From Azolla caroliniana (taxonomy: Eukaryota > Plantae > Polypodiophyta): a stretch of 64,000 bases of DNA. A model generated the notes under the pieces. It made no database searches, was not told where the DNA came from, and saw nothing but the letters and a program-made list of their open reading frames with translations. Shown in pieces: positions 12,659 to 25,700 of the stretch (position 1 is its first letter; the number at the start of each line of letters is the position of its first letter). A program made the position numbers and the translations under genes. The stretch spans positions 15,190,001 through 15,254,000 of the forward strand of contig JBHGNT010000003.1 of NCBI GenBank assembly GCA_043228905.1. The letters run 5' to 3'.

Positions 12659-15600
12659 TCCATGCGGCGAATCCCTACGTTCCGTTGTCTGCCTATCTTG
12701 GCCAGGGGTCCCTTATTGTTGGTTTCCGTCGTTCTTGTCATCGCACACTCAATCATTTGTTGTTCTGCATGCTCCTCGGCCATTCTCTGGGACACCTTGA
12801 TCTGTTGTGTCACCAAAAATTCCATGAGTTCGTAAATCGTCCCAAACTGTAATAGTGTGTCGAACTCATGGGCCGTATCCGGGATGTCTGGATACTTGAG
12901 AACTTCGCTTTCCGATGTGAGCACTCCTTTGCCACGTTGCGACTGAGCCGTAACGATCGGCTGTGGTTCTCGGATTATCTCCAATGTAGTTATGTGTTCC
13001 GTAGGGGTGGAAGTGTCAACTAGTGCGGCTGTATCTTTGACCAGTCTGCGGCCATCCTTCCGATCTAATCTTCGTCGTTTTGGCTTGGGGCTTTCTGGAT
13101 TCTGTTTTGTTTCTTGCTTAGTCGTTGTTCTTGGTGCTTCGACTGGCCTTGCTGGTTGTTCCGGCTGCAATGATTGCACTATGGGGTGGGAAGGTTGTGG
13201 TTCCTCTTCCCATTCTGTGGTTGCCAATTCCGATAATCGTTGTTTCGCGGATTGTGGCGAAGGTGTAGGTTTACTAGGCGGTGGGGCGGGCAGACCGCAA
13301 GGTGGAAACAGTATTGTAAGGTACTATTGTATAATCAGCCTTAGCCTTTTTCCGACCTAGTATGTGTGTAGGCCCTCTCTTAGCGCTGGTTCCGTAATCA
13401 CTCCCCACTCTACTACGCACCCTTCGAATGTATCAATGATAATGCATGCCTTCTGTTTCAGCATCCTGTACGCGTTGACGTGCAAGCAACTGACCTCAAG
13501 TAGGAACTTGGCTATTTCCTGAAAGAATGGGTTCGGGATGTCTTTCATTCTGTATGCCTTGGCTGATGCGGAGTATTCCCCAAAATATTCTTCTAGGGTT
13601 TCTGTAGGGGGAATGTCAAAGTTTTTCTCCCCAGTCGCAACCAGATCCAATTTTTTCCGAATGGTGGCGTTTGGCGATGTCGAGAGCATTAGGGTGTGAT
13701 GGTGCCTCGACAACCCTAATATACCCTTCAAAACCCTTTTCCAGGAGCCACCTGCGTAAAGCTGCAGAGATGGGAACCGACATTGTGAGCGGAAGAGGCT
13801 CGTATAGAATAGGTGAAGCTCTCAAACTACGGTCATCGTGGACTCTGTGGTATGGTGGGGAGCGAGGAGGGCGAGGAGAGTTAGTCTGTTTTCTGTAGTG
13901 ATCCAATTTTTTCCGAATGGTGGCATTTGGCGATGTCGAGAGCATCAAGGTGTGATGGTGCCTCGGCAACCCTGATGTACCCCTCAAAACCCTTTTCGAG
14001 GAGCCACATGCGTAAAGCTGTAGAGATGGGAACCAACATTGTGGGTGGAAGAGGCTCGTATAGAATAGGTGAAGCTCTCAAACTACGGTGATTGTGGACT
14101 TTGTGGTATGGTGGGGAGCTAGGAGAGAGAGGAGGGCGAGGAGAGTTAGTCTGTTTTCTGTAATGTGCAGAAAACCTTCTTTTCCCCTCTTTTTGTGCTC
14201 TAGGGTTTATTGGCCTGTGTGACATCGTGGTGCCGCGTGTGCTTGATCTTGAAGTTTGTGCATGCATAACACCTTTTCATAATCGTGACTATCTTCTCTC
14301 TTTTTCTTTTTTTTTAACGGTAAAGTACAATATTACTGTTACATTTTATTACACTAGGGTTCCAGTTATTGGTTAGTGGAGGGACCTCTCTGCTGTGTCA
14401 GTTACGGCGTGAAACGGGTTCAGGGGCCTAGGTCCCAGATAAGGTTTTAATCGGAACCCATTTACTTTTTGATGAAGTATAACTCCAGCGAAGGTACCCA
14501 ATTGGAAGGAGCCATTTTCCGCTCCAACTATCCAATACGGCCCTGTCCAGTGGAACCGTAACTTACCTCGCCTTTGACCCATGCGTGTTTGAAAAACCAA
14601 TACAGCCTTTCCAATTGCAAAGCATTTCTCCTGTGTGCCCCGATGTCGATCCACAAATGCTTTATGTCGTCGCTGCTCTTGCTCGACTATGGCCATACTG
14701 TGGACCTGAGCCTTGCCTAATACGAGGAGTTGTTGTAGCCGTATTTGCTCGGACTTTCCTTCTGATAGTCGGTCTCGTACTTGAATTCTCAAATTGCGCA
14801 CTTGGAATTTGATGGGCATTACAACTTCTAACCCAAACGCTAGCCGGAAAGGAGTGGACTGTACGCTAGTTTTGTAACTCGTCTGATATGCCAACAAGGC
14901 GCTGTGCAGCTTGGTATCCCAGTCTATTCTATTCTCATTCACGATCTTTTTCATTATCGTTTGTAAGGTCTTGTTCGTGGACTCCGCTAACCCATTTGCC
15001 TGCGGGTAATATGGCGTGCTCTTCTTATGCACTACGGCGTAATGGTGTGTTAGCTCGTAGATGACTGAATTTAGGAAGTGACTCCCTTGATCACTGATGA
15101 GCTCGATTGGGCAACCAAACCGACACCAGATGTATTTGTAAAGAAATTTTGCCGTGGATGCCGCCGTATTATCCCGTAACGCTTTTGCTTCTACCCACTT
15201 AGTGCACTAATCCGTGGCTACGAGAATATACTTATTGCTGGTCCGCACCGCTGCCGGCGTAAAGGAACCGACAAAATCTAGACCCCATTTTTGGAATGGA
15301 TCCTGCGGAAGAACTGGTTGGTGTGGCATCTGTGCGAGCTCCGTTGGTTGCCCCAACCGTTGATATAGACCACACTACCTATAGTATTGATATGCGTCTT
15401 TCTGCGTAGTTGGCCACCATAGACCTGCTTGCCATATTTTTCGGGCTGTAACATCGCTCGCGTAATGTCCCCCGGTCGTACCGCAATGAGCTTCGCGCAG
15501 AACGACTTCCTTTTCATCCTGGCGTATCCCACGTCCTAGATCCCATCGCTGCCCTTGTGGTAAAGTACTCCTTCGATCGGGCAAAAGTTAGGACTGCGGA

Positions 15601-18600
15601 TAGTCAGGCGTTTCTTTTCATCTGTCCTTAGTTGCGGAGGTGGTAGTCTCGTGGTTAGAAAGTATGTCATTTCCACCAACCAACGATCCGGAAAATTTGT
15701 CTCTCCTTGTGATGCCATAGTCGCAATCCTCGGAATATCAGCGTCAGGAAAGTTGTCATCGTCCCTCACTATGTTATCGCCATTATCCACTCTGCTTAAG
15801 AAATTAGCTACGGCATGCTTCGTGCCCGACTGATGCTCAATTGAGAAATCAAACTCTTGGAGCAACAACATCCATCTGGCCAGCTCCCCTGTCAGTGCTT
15901 GTTTCTCAACTAGATACAGTCACGTCGCGTGATCGACATGAAACGTAAATCTGCACCCTAGCAGATAATGCCAGAATTTGTTGATGTTATATATCATCCC
16001 CAAGGCTTCACGCTCGGTTGTGGTGTAGTTCCTCTCAGCAGTTGATAGTTTACGACTGGCGTAATAGACCGGTCTGTACCAACTCGGCTTTGTGAGTTGC
16101 ATTAATGCGCTGCCTATTGCTATATCTGAGGCATCCACAAAGACGTGAAATGGTTTAGTCCAATTTGGTGGTTGTATGACTGGTGCTTGGGTTAACATTA
16201 TCTTGAGTGCGTCGTAAGATTTCTCTTCTATTGCCGTCCACTTGAACGACGTTTGATGTACGACGGCGTGTAATGGGGTCACAAAATCCGCCAAGTACCG
16301 TAAAATGCGGCTATGCCAACGTATCTAACCCATGAAGCGGCTGAGGGCTTTGGCATTAGTCGGAGTCTTTGCTTCAATGATCGTTGTGATTTTGTTCGGA
16401 TCCATTGCTATCCTTTCCTTGCTTACGATGTGTCCAAGAAGTGCCCCACTGGTGATGCCGAATGCACATTTGGCTGGATTAAGGCTGAGGCGTGCCGCAT
16501 GACAACGCTCCAAACAAACTCGGAGATGGCCCAAATGTTCGCCTCGTGTTCCATATACCACGAAATCATTGAGAAAGACTTGCATAAAGGCGGGTATGTA
16601 CTCCCTAAAAATCTCCATAATTGTTCGCTAGAACGTGGCAAACGTCGTCTTTAGCCCAAACATCATGACCACAACGACAAAAACACCCCACTCCGTGATG
16701 AACGTCGTCTTCTCCTGGTCGTCAGGGTGCATGCGTACCTGATTGTATCCGCTAAAACCATCTAGAAAACAATACATGTCATGGCCCGTGACCGCGTCTA
16801 GTACGCTATCGGTGAAGGGTAAGGGGAATGCGTCTGTTATCGTTACGGCGTTAAGCTTACCATAATCCATGCAAACGCGGATTTTACCGTTTTTCTTTGG
16901 TACCACGACTATCTGGCTCATCCATGTGGCCTGCTTCACCAACTGGATAAACCCTGCTTTCAGAAGTTTGTGAATCTCTTCTTTTACGTGAATCGCGTAA
17001 TTTGGGTTGTTGCACCGGTTTCGCTTTAGTAGACAAGTTGATCTTGTGTTGATAGAATTTTGGATCCAACCCCTGCATGTCCTCATGTGACCATGTGAAA
17101 ACATCCTTATATTCCTTGAGCAACTCAATCATTGTCGTCTTCTCACTTGGGACCAAGTCCTTCGCAATTGAGAGTAGTCGAGGTTCCGTCGTGGTTCCGA
17201 TATTGACTTCTTCTAATGCCGAAGCAGTGACTCTCCGCGAGATTTCCTATTTTTCTCTTGAATGTTGTGCGTGCTCTACTTAACTCCATTAGCGAGTCTC
17301 AATTTGATTCATATTCAGCTTCCTGCAGCGTATTAGGTGGGGCGTATTCTGCAACGGTTTCTATTACGTCAATTTTGAATAATGGAACGATCTGTGGGTG
17401 GTCCTCTAGGTACGCCTCCAGCTCTGTATCATCTACCCCTTCCAACATATTTATATCTTCCATGTATAATGGCATTATGCCGTTGGTTAATTGGTTAGCA
17501 CCGCCGTTTCCTGAGTGGGCACGTGAACTTTGCTTCGGCCTCGCCGGAAGCTGATACAATTATGTTGCCAATTCTGTTTGATGTTGGCTGAGCATAGCCA
17601 AGGTCTGCCGAGCAATATTGGGTATGCTCCCGGAGCGCCTAGGGAGAGTACTACCGCAGAGATGTCGAAGCGATGGCCGCTCCACGACAATGCGCAATTT
17701 CTGAATTAACCCTAGGGGTCTGACAGAGCGGGTGTCCGCCATACAGAGCCAGAAAGGGCATGCTTCCCATCCTGTAATTCGTAGTCGTACGCATATATGA
17801 TACATTAACACTAGATCCCCCATCAATGATACATCCCGAGTTTCCTGTCCTTGCAGTACCAACTTAATGGTTGGATTGTGATGATCTACAATTGTTGGGC
17901 CAGTACTAGACTCCGCAAAATTTGTTGAGACATCTAATCCGGCGGTGCCCCTTATGTGATTTTCCACGACCTGCCAGAATCGTGGCACCAATCGGAGAAG
18001 CTTTTCCGTGGTCATTGTTATCTCATAGTCCACCAATGATTGCCATATGGGATCCGGTGATGATGTATTTTCTTTCATTGGGAAACTGTCATTTGCGGAC
18101 TCGTGCTTCATACGCTCTGCGTTTGCCACATTTACTTTTTCTACCTAGGCCTGCGATGCCTTGCGTATCTGATCTTGTTCTGCCTAGTCTGCATTATTTG
18201 CCTGTTGTCGTGTTGTGACTTGCTGGACTTCTGTCGTGATGGTATTCACGACTGCCTCCTTTCCTTTTCGACGTGGGCACTGCGTCGCGTAATGACCGGG
18301 CTGTTGACACACGAAATAGAGTATGCTGGACTCACCTCTTTCCACTTCCAGAGGTGTATTGGTTTCCACCGATACTGCTTGTTCGTCTCGGTTATGCTGG
18401 AGTCGCTTGTTCTTTTGGGGTTGTTGTTGGTATTCTTGTCGTGGCTCTTGACAACGGTCATCCTTTGAACTTTCGTCATAACGGCATTGGTCCTTATGCT
18501 GTTGATTGTGTTCGTTTGGACGGCCCCCGCTGAATCCTCGGTTGTCTCCCCTTTCACATTGTGCATGTTCAGCGTCGTCCGGAGAGGCTGTCTTAGAGCT

Positions 18601-19797
18601 GCCAAGAACATTTCTTTGGCCTCTTCATCTATTGGGGCCCGTGTAAGGTTTCGCCGTAGACTCTGGAAATGTAGAATAAAATCCGCTATGGATTCTGTGG
18701 GAAGTTGCTTGATGGTATAGAACTGCCTGAGTATTTCATGTTGTGGCACCCTCCGATGAAAAAACTGCAAGAACACCGATTGCAGCTGGTCGGAGGTTGT
18801 GATTGCTGCCAAATCCATCTGGGAATGCCAGCACGCAACCCGACCGTCCAAAGTTAACCCGAACTCGGTGATCTTCGAAGCGTGAGCTTCCGTGTCTAGA
18901 AACTACTGCGGCAGACGATTAGCATTCCAAACATTGAGGAATAGCTGGATGTGGCTAGTAGCGTCTATTTCTCCATTGAAGCGGAGGTATGAGAAAGCCA
19001 TTCCGGACATTGTGTTGACGATCGGCAGGGGAAGACTCCTGCTTTCACGATGTGGACTATTGTGGCGTTTAATTGCACTACCTTGGTCATGTGGCGACAG
19101 GGCTTTGTGGTCGACGTCGCGCTACTCTATGAGCGTGGAGTCTACCGTGTACTCCTGAAAGGAGCCGTCTTGGTCGTTGACGCAAGGTTTTCACATAGCG
19201 CGCTCTTCTGTCTGGCGAGTGATAAACCTCGTCAGTGGTCGGTCTTGTCGGGTCGGTTGTCTGGCTCATGTACGGCTAGTCATCCATACATTGCTGCTCG
19301 TCTGTGCTGAACCACAAATCCATTAGGCATGCTAAAAGTGTTACTGATTAGGAACACTGTCTACTCTCAGTCCTTCGAAGGTAGACTTCAAGGTGATTGT
19401 GGTGCAAGGAATAGATCCGTAGGTGCGCAAAGCAGAACAGGCGTACAAAGCAAAGCATATCGTCTGGACGTGAAGGGAGACGGCTACAACCGAATCTCAC
19501 CAGTGCGTGATTTCATATACACACTTATCCTATGCTTACTAGCCCACATATACGAACAAATTCCTCCACCGAATCAGTAGATGACTTACACAGACACGGG
19601 AATCAAAGAAGATAGAACTATAAATATTACAAAAGGCAGCTCCCTAATTACACGCTAGCTCTTTACAGAGGCTTTCTGCCCTTTATATACACAGGGCTTT
19701 AGTTCATTACGCTCCTAGCGTGAACCGTTACATGCGTTTCTTTAACGCTTCTAATAATATATTCTATTCGTCTAAGTGTTAGGTCCGGCGGACAACA
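12659..19797 (-). mobile_element. Ty3/Gypsy element, decayed, 3' end missing: 5' LTR 19797-19339, gag, PR, RT, RNaseH, INT, extra 3' ORF
   Basis: Domain order RT (IVVVPKKNGKIRVCMDY, FLDGFSGYNQV) - RH (FVDASD, NYTTTEREAL) - INT (STPYYPQANGLAE, WTGPY) defines Gypsy. A degenerate PBS tagcatgcct follows the LTR. The accessory ORF spans ~14225-12660. Confidence 0.93.
13644..14164. repeat. Tandem duplication (~256 bp x 2) inside the Gypsy accessory ORF
   Basis: gatccaatttttt...gagttagtctgttttctgta occurs at ~13644-13899 and ~13900-14164. Confidence 0.9.
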
Positions 19798-21190
19798 GGG
19801 AGCGACTGCTAACGTGGTCCTCACCGGAGCAAAAATGGGAGTTGCCCTCGAAACATGAGTGGAAGCAACCGTTGACGCAGTCCTCACCGAAGCAAAGACT
19901 AGAATCGGAGCAACCATTGATGTGGTCCTCACTAGAGCAGAAACGGGAGTTGTCCCCGAAACATGAGTGGGAGCAACTGTTGACACGGTGCTCACCGGAG
20001 TAGGCGGCCAAACAAATGACAAAGTATTGGCTCGAAGAAGAGTGGAAGTAATCCCTTGTGGGCGAGAATTTGAGGTGAAGTTGATGGAGCGAGATCGTCA
20101 ATCCACTATTGGATTGTGAGTCTCGAGCCATGATAACCCCAAGATTCTAGGATGTCGAGGTGATGTGATGAGGTTAAAAGTTAAAAATGATTTCTTCCTG
20201 GTGGGCTCCTATGTGGAGACTCAAGGGAATTGTTGTATGTGTGATTACACAAGAAGAGAGCGTTCAACCGTGGATCACTTCAACTGGAATCGGGATAGTT
20301 ATTTTGTTGCTTGGAATGTTGTGTGTCCGTGCAAACATGATGTCAATAAAGCATGACGTAGCCCTAGAATCCAACAAAGCTTTTGTCTTCAGAGTGCTAG
20401 AGCCAAACTAAAGAGTGATCGGAAGTGTGAAGCTTGTTGTCGAAGAAGTCCGTTGATTGGGCCCTTCACACAATTGTCGACTCTTGTGGTCCAAATGCAC
20501 AACCCCTACTACAACTAGACATTGGAGTTTTATTGTTGGCAGAAAATGTTAACCCCATCCACACGATGTGGTGTTCAACAAGATCCCCTTTTTGGGCAAG
20601 AACGGATCAAATGGTCAGGGCCACCACAATAGAGACATAAATTGTTGGCTCGCCGATGTTGTCGTTGCATGTTAGTCAATGGTCGATAGCGAATTCGATC
20701 GATCTCCATTGGGGAGCTAGAATTTATGGCGGGAGTTGACGATGACGATGAAGTGGCTGGCCAAGGTGGATGGATCCGGTGAGGACATACCTCTTGCCGG
20801 AACTCAAAGAGACGGTTATCGCAGTGCACAACTTGGGAAATAACCTCACTCAAAGATGTGGGCTCAGGAAAGTTAAGCAAAAGATTTTTTATCTCACGTC
20901 GTAATCCTTGACGGAATTGATCGAGGAGGGCTTGTTCGTCCCACTCCACATCACACATCGCACGTGAGCTGACCAAATTCAGATGCATATATTGATGCCA
21001 CACGTTTTCCTTGTTGTAATGCATACAATTTGTTGAGTATTGCTCGTCGTTTGTTAGTCTCCCCGAAAGTTGCCTAAAATTCGGTAAGAAATGTGTGGAA
21101 GTCATTCAAGAGAGGCGAAGAAGTCTCCACCAAAGGGGCAAACCAGAGCGCTTGTATTGTCAGCAACATGCCGATCAACCCAACTTGTCA
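19798..21190 (-). mobile_element. Chromovirus-type Gypsy gag-PR fragment with ~60 bp tandem repeats (19800-20005)
   Basis: Gag WDEQALLDQFRQGLRREIK, zinc knuckle CLYCGGPDHLIRSC and protease ALLDSRATSCFID. The repeats contain gtcctcaccggagc. Confidence 0.8.
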
Positions 21191-21239
21191 AAAGTCATCA
21201 GAATATCGTCGAGGCTGAGGATGAATAATAAGGCGAGAC

Positions 21240-22644
21240 CCCCGAGCTTGGAATGTGAAGATCACGCACCGGTTGCGTAAGATGGGGTTTGTTACCTCAA
21301 AGTTCAACTCTTCATTGTTCATCCGGAATAGTCGGGATAGTCCGGTTTGCATTTTGCTTTATGTAGATGATTTAGTCATCACCGGACCCGGACTCGTTGC
21401 AATCGGCCGAGTGAAGTCCCAATTGTCAAACGCATTTGAAATGAAGGACCTGTGGAACCTTCATTATTTTCTTCGGATTGAGGTGATCCCCAACGACATA
21501 TTGCTCTCACAACACCATTATGTGTTGAATATGTTGTACAAGTTCGACATGACGGAATGCCGACCGATCTCTACACCCCTGGACCAGAACCTGAAGCTAT
21601 GTCTTGACTCCAGTCCGGCCTACGATGAGAAATGGTTCCAACAAATTGTCAGAAGCCTCATATACTTGACAATCACTCGACCCGACATCAGTTACCCGGT
21701 TAGAGTGATCGGCTAGTTCATGTAGAAGCCGATCGTTGAGCACCTTCATTGTGCACACCGGATACTCCAGTATGTTAGCAACACGAAGGACCGATGGGAA
21801 GGACACGAAGGACACGACATGGTATAGTTGGGAAGCTAGTTGGATATACGGATGCCGATTGGGCTTATGATGTATTGGATCGTCGATCCACCTCCGGTTA
21901 CATGTTTTCTCTTGGCAGCGCAGCTGTTGCGTGGAGCACCAAAAAGCAGCCAACAGTGGCTCTGTCGAGCACTGAGGCTGAGTACTAGGGTGCTACCATT
22001 GCCACTTGTGAAGCCATCTGGCTTCGGCGACTGCTGCGAGACCTTCGGATCGAGGTGCCGACTCCGATCCTGATTTATTGTGACAACGTAAGCAACATAC
22101 AACTCGCCAAGAACCCTATATTGCATGCTTGGACAAACACATAGAAGTGCATTATCACTTTATTCGCGAGTGGGCCTACAATGGTGAAGTTGAACTTCGG
22201 TATGTTCACACGGATCGGCAGGTTGCCGACATCTTCACCAAGCCGCTCGGATTAGACAAGTTGCAACATTTTTCGGAGATGCTCGGCGTTCAGCATCTCG
22301 ATGTGTAGCACATGAGGGGGAGTGTTGAGCGAGCAAGCTCAACCAGATCCAGATTGGCTGGATAAGCCAGAGCCAGATCGATATCTGGATCGGTGTCCGG
22401 ATGATATCTGGAACCAGGAGCCGGATCGGAGACCTGGATCAGATTGAAACCGGTAGGCCGTTAGAGGCCTACAGATCTAGCCTAGTACGTAGGCATATTT
22501 TTGGGAGTTGGTGATAGTCGCACATGTGAGCATTGAAGTACTTGTCAGTACTTCTGTCAGTCCTTTATGGACTTGTATAAAAGTGCTCTCTGAGCACATT
22601 CTATGTAAAGAGTTTTAGAGTGTTATTTTGAATTGAGTTTATGT

Positions 22645-22685
<41 letters not shown>

Positions 22686-22786
22686 ACGTATTCTCTATGT
22701 TAAGTTCTCCATTAAATCTTTTTTCATTTTCTGTTGCTATCCGGCTGAGCCGGTTTGTCAAATGCTTCCGCGCGCTAACTTTTACA
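21240..22786 (+). mobile_element. Ty1/Copia 3' fragment (RT-RNaseH-PPT-3' LTR 22323-22786)
   Basis: [35 protein letters not shown] and ADIFTKPL motifs; PPT tgagggggag; LTR of the same family as 5087-5504. Confidence 0.92.
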
Positions 22787-22789
22787 GTC

Positions 22790-25700
22790 CTTCTTCGAAG
22801 TGTGTTGATAGCGAAGAACTATTTCAACGGACTCTTCGAAGGATTTATGTGCAGATTGCTTCTTCGGTTCTTTCCTTTTTTTCTCTCGTAAATGGATTTA
22901 CGACAAATGATGGTTCACCTTGACGCTCATTAGGTCTATTAGTCTCACATTGTAAACTAATGACACGTGCCTTGAGAGCACTTTGAGATTGCCGAAGTTC
23001 AGACATTTGTATTTGTACGAAATACGACTCAATGGAGATTGCTCCAAAAGGATTTCCTTGAGTTCCTTGTAATTGAACGGATGACATCGGGCCATTATTC
23101 TGAGCCATTGAATGATTATTTCTGGCAAAGAAATAGGATAAGGTCAGAAAAATAGTCATAACATCAAGTCGTGATGTAAACATATCATGGGCCAACATTA
23201 ATCGATATCATGATCTCACGTCAATACCCCTCCAGATGTATAAGATGAGGTTCAAGATCAGGGTACTATGGTAACACAAAGGTGTTTTAAAAACCATGGG
23301 GGTGACAAATGAATGTCTTTCCCTTATCTCTATATCGATTTTTTCATGGTGGCTCCCCGAGGCTCAACCATTTATGTTCGCGCCATGAATAGTTTATACA
23401 CGAAAAAAATGTTAACAATAAACTATGTTTCTATGCCCACGTATGTGGTTTCGGCTCCTTAAGTCCTATTACGAGGACCGCGAGTGCACTTAGACCTAAA
23501 GTCTAAACATGTATTATACTCATATGTATCAACAATGTTGTATGGTCTTGGTCATATTTGAACTTGAGCCGTCGAGAACAAATACATTAAACACTTCAGC
23601 TAACCAAATAGGTTGCCCATGTTGAATGTTTAACATTTTATGTGGATAAGAGATATGCGAGGCATTTGCCCATATATGTTTTTTTAAAAGAAACATATAT
23701 GTCAAGAGTCCTTATTTCCCTCTCGTTTACTACAAACGATGTTGGTACGTAACCTAACCTCAAGTCTCATAATTACGATGGCATACACCAAAGTGCAACC
23801 TAATGGTCAAGCCAAATGAGCGCTCTTTTTGTAGTAGGCCCACGTGGCCCATCACATGGTTACGTCATTACGAATGCCTTTCGTAAGAATGATCTCATGG
23901 TGGCATCGTATCCATGTAATGAGGGTCAAGCCCTACGTTCTCAACATCATTGTGGCTATGAGCATTTTGTTACGCAACGAAATCAAAGTGACCAATGGGG
24001 ATGTCAACAAAAAAATTGTTGAAAAAAGGATGGTGACTACGCCATTCTCACAAAAATGTGAGGATGGCCACCAAGATACTTTCCCCGAAAAGGAAACATT
24101 CGATATAGAAATCACGTAAAAACTAATATACACATGTATATTTATCACATATATATGATCAAATACGTATACACGTGACCACATATGCATATATTAAAAA
24201 AAATTGTAACATCAAATAGCCAACATATGATGAAATCGAGACAACGTAATCAAGGCATATAGCCTCTACGCACATGAAACATCCAAAAATAAGGGTTAAT
24301 CATAATATGAGGTCAAATGTAACATATGTATGTGAATGTAATACACAATTGAGATATTGACTTCGTAAGAATACGACACAAATCACATATGAAATATATG
24401 TCAAATGAGGTATTGACCTCATACACATATGTAAATGTTTTATACAACCAATTAATTACCACTATGCCATCATTGAATCAATAAAAAAAAATACATATTG
24501 ACTGTATACATGATTAGATAGGAGAAGAAAAAATAGAAAACTAAAAAACAAGAAAGAGTTACCGAAGATCACCATCCATCAAGAACTCAAAAACAAATAA
24601 AGGAAACATTAGAAACATAAGCTCGGATACCAACTGTCAAAGTTATGATCTAATGTAAGCATATGATAAAGATAAAAGATATAAGAAATAAGAAAGGTGA
24701 GAGAGAAAGAAGGGTGCCGATCCACCTGACCACCCCCGAGCGAAGGGATTGAGATGGACCCGAGCCTCGATCAGCGTCCCTTACCACCGTCGTGGCGTTG
24801 AGTCGTACCTGGTGTTTGGGTGCTCATTACAAGAGTTGACCCACCACAACGTCAAAGTCTCGACGTAGTGAAAAGATCATGAAATGAGGGTAGCTAGGCC
24901 TCATATTTATAGCGATACCCAAGGTCCCCAGGCAAGTTCACACTTGGCCTAATGGGTTGTTTTTGTCCGCCGAAATTGTAATCGTCAGACATGGTGTGTA
25001 AAATATATTAGAAACGTTACGAAATGTATGTAACGGTTCACGTGAGGAGCATGACCAACTAAAAGCCTTGTGTATATAAAGGGCAGAAATCCTTTGTAAG
25101 AGGGAGCGTGTAATTTTTGGGAGTGAATCTTTTGTAATAGAATCCTATCTTCTCTGATCTCCTTGTATGTCTGTGTAAGTAGTCCACTATCGTGGCGTTG
25201 CATTCTAATTCGTAACTATGGGTTGTAAGTGCAAGGTAAGTGCGTTCTCCCCTTCACACCCAGATGATACGTTTGCTTAGTATCCTGTTACGACTCACGC
25301 CCAACACAGACTTGTTCCTTGTAAACACAATTACCTTGAATTCTACCTCGAAGGACTGAGCATAGACAGTGTTCCTAATCGGTAACACTTTTGGCACGCC
25401 TGGTGACCTGTGATTCCTCGCAAACTAGCAGCAAGGAATGGATGTCTAGCCGTAGACGACCCAGAGAACCGACCCGACAGGATCAACCACTGACGATGTC
25501 TATCACTCGCTAGAAAAAAGAGCGCGCTAAGTGAAAACCTCGTCTCAACGACCACGATGTTTCCTTTCAGGAGTTCAAGATCGACCCCACGCTCACCGAA
25601 CACCACGACGTCAAGTAGGAAGCCCTGCCACCACAAGAAAACCGTGGTCTTCACTTGCCGACAGTCACCATAGCGTCCTGAATGGCTTTCTCCTACCCAC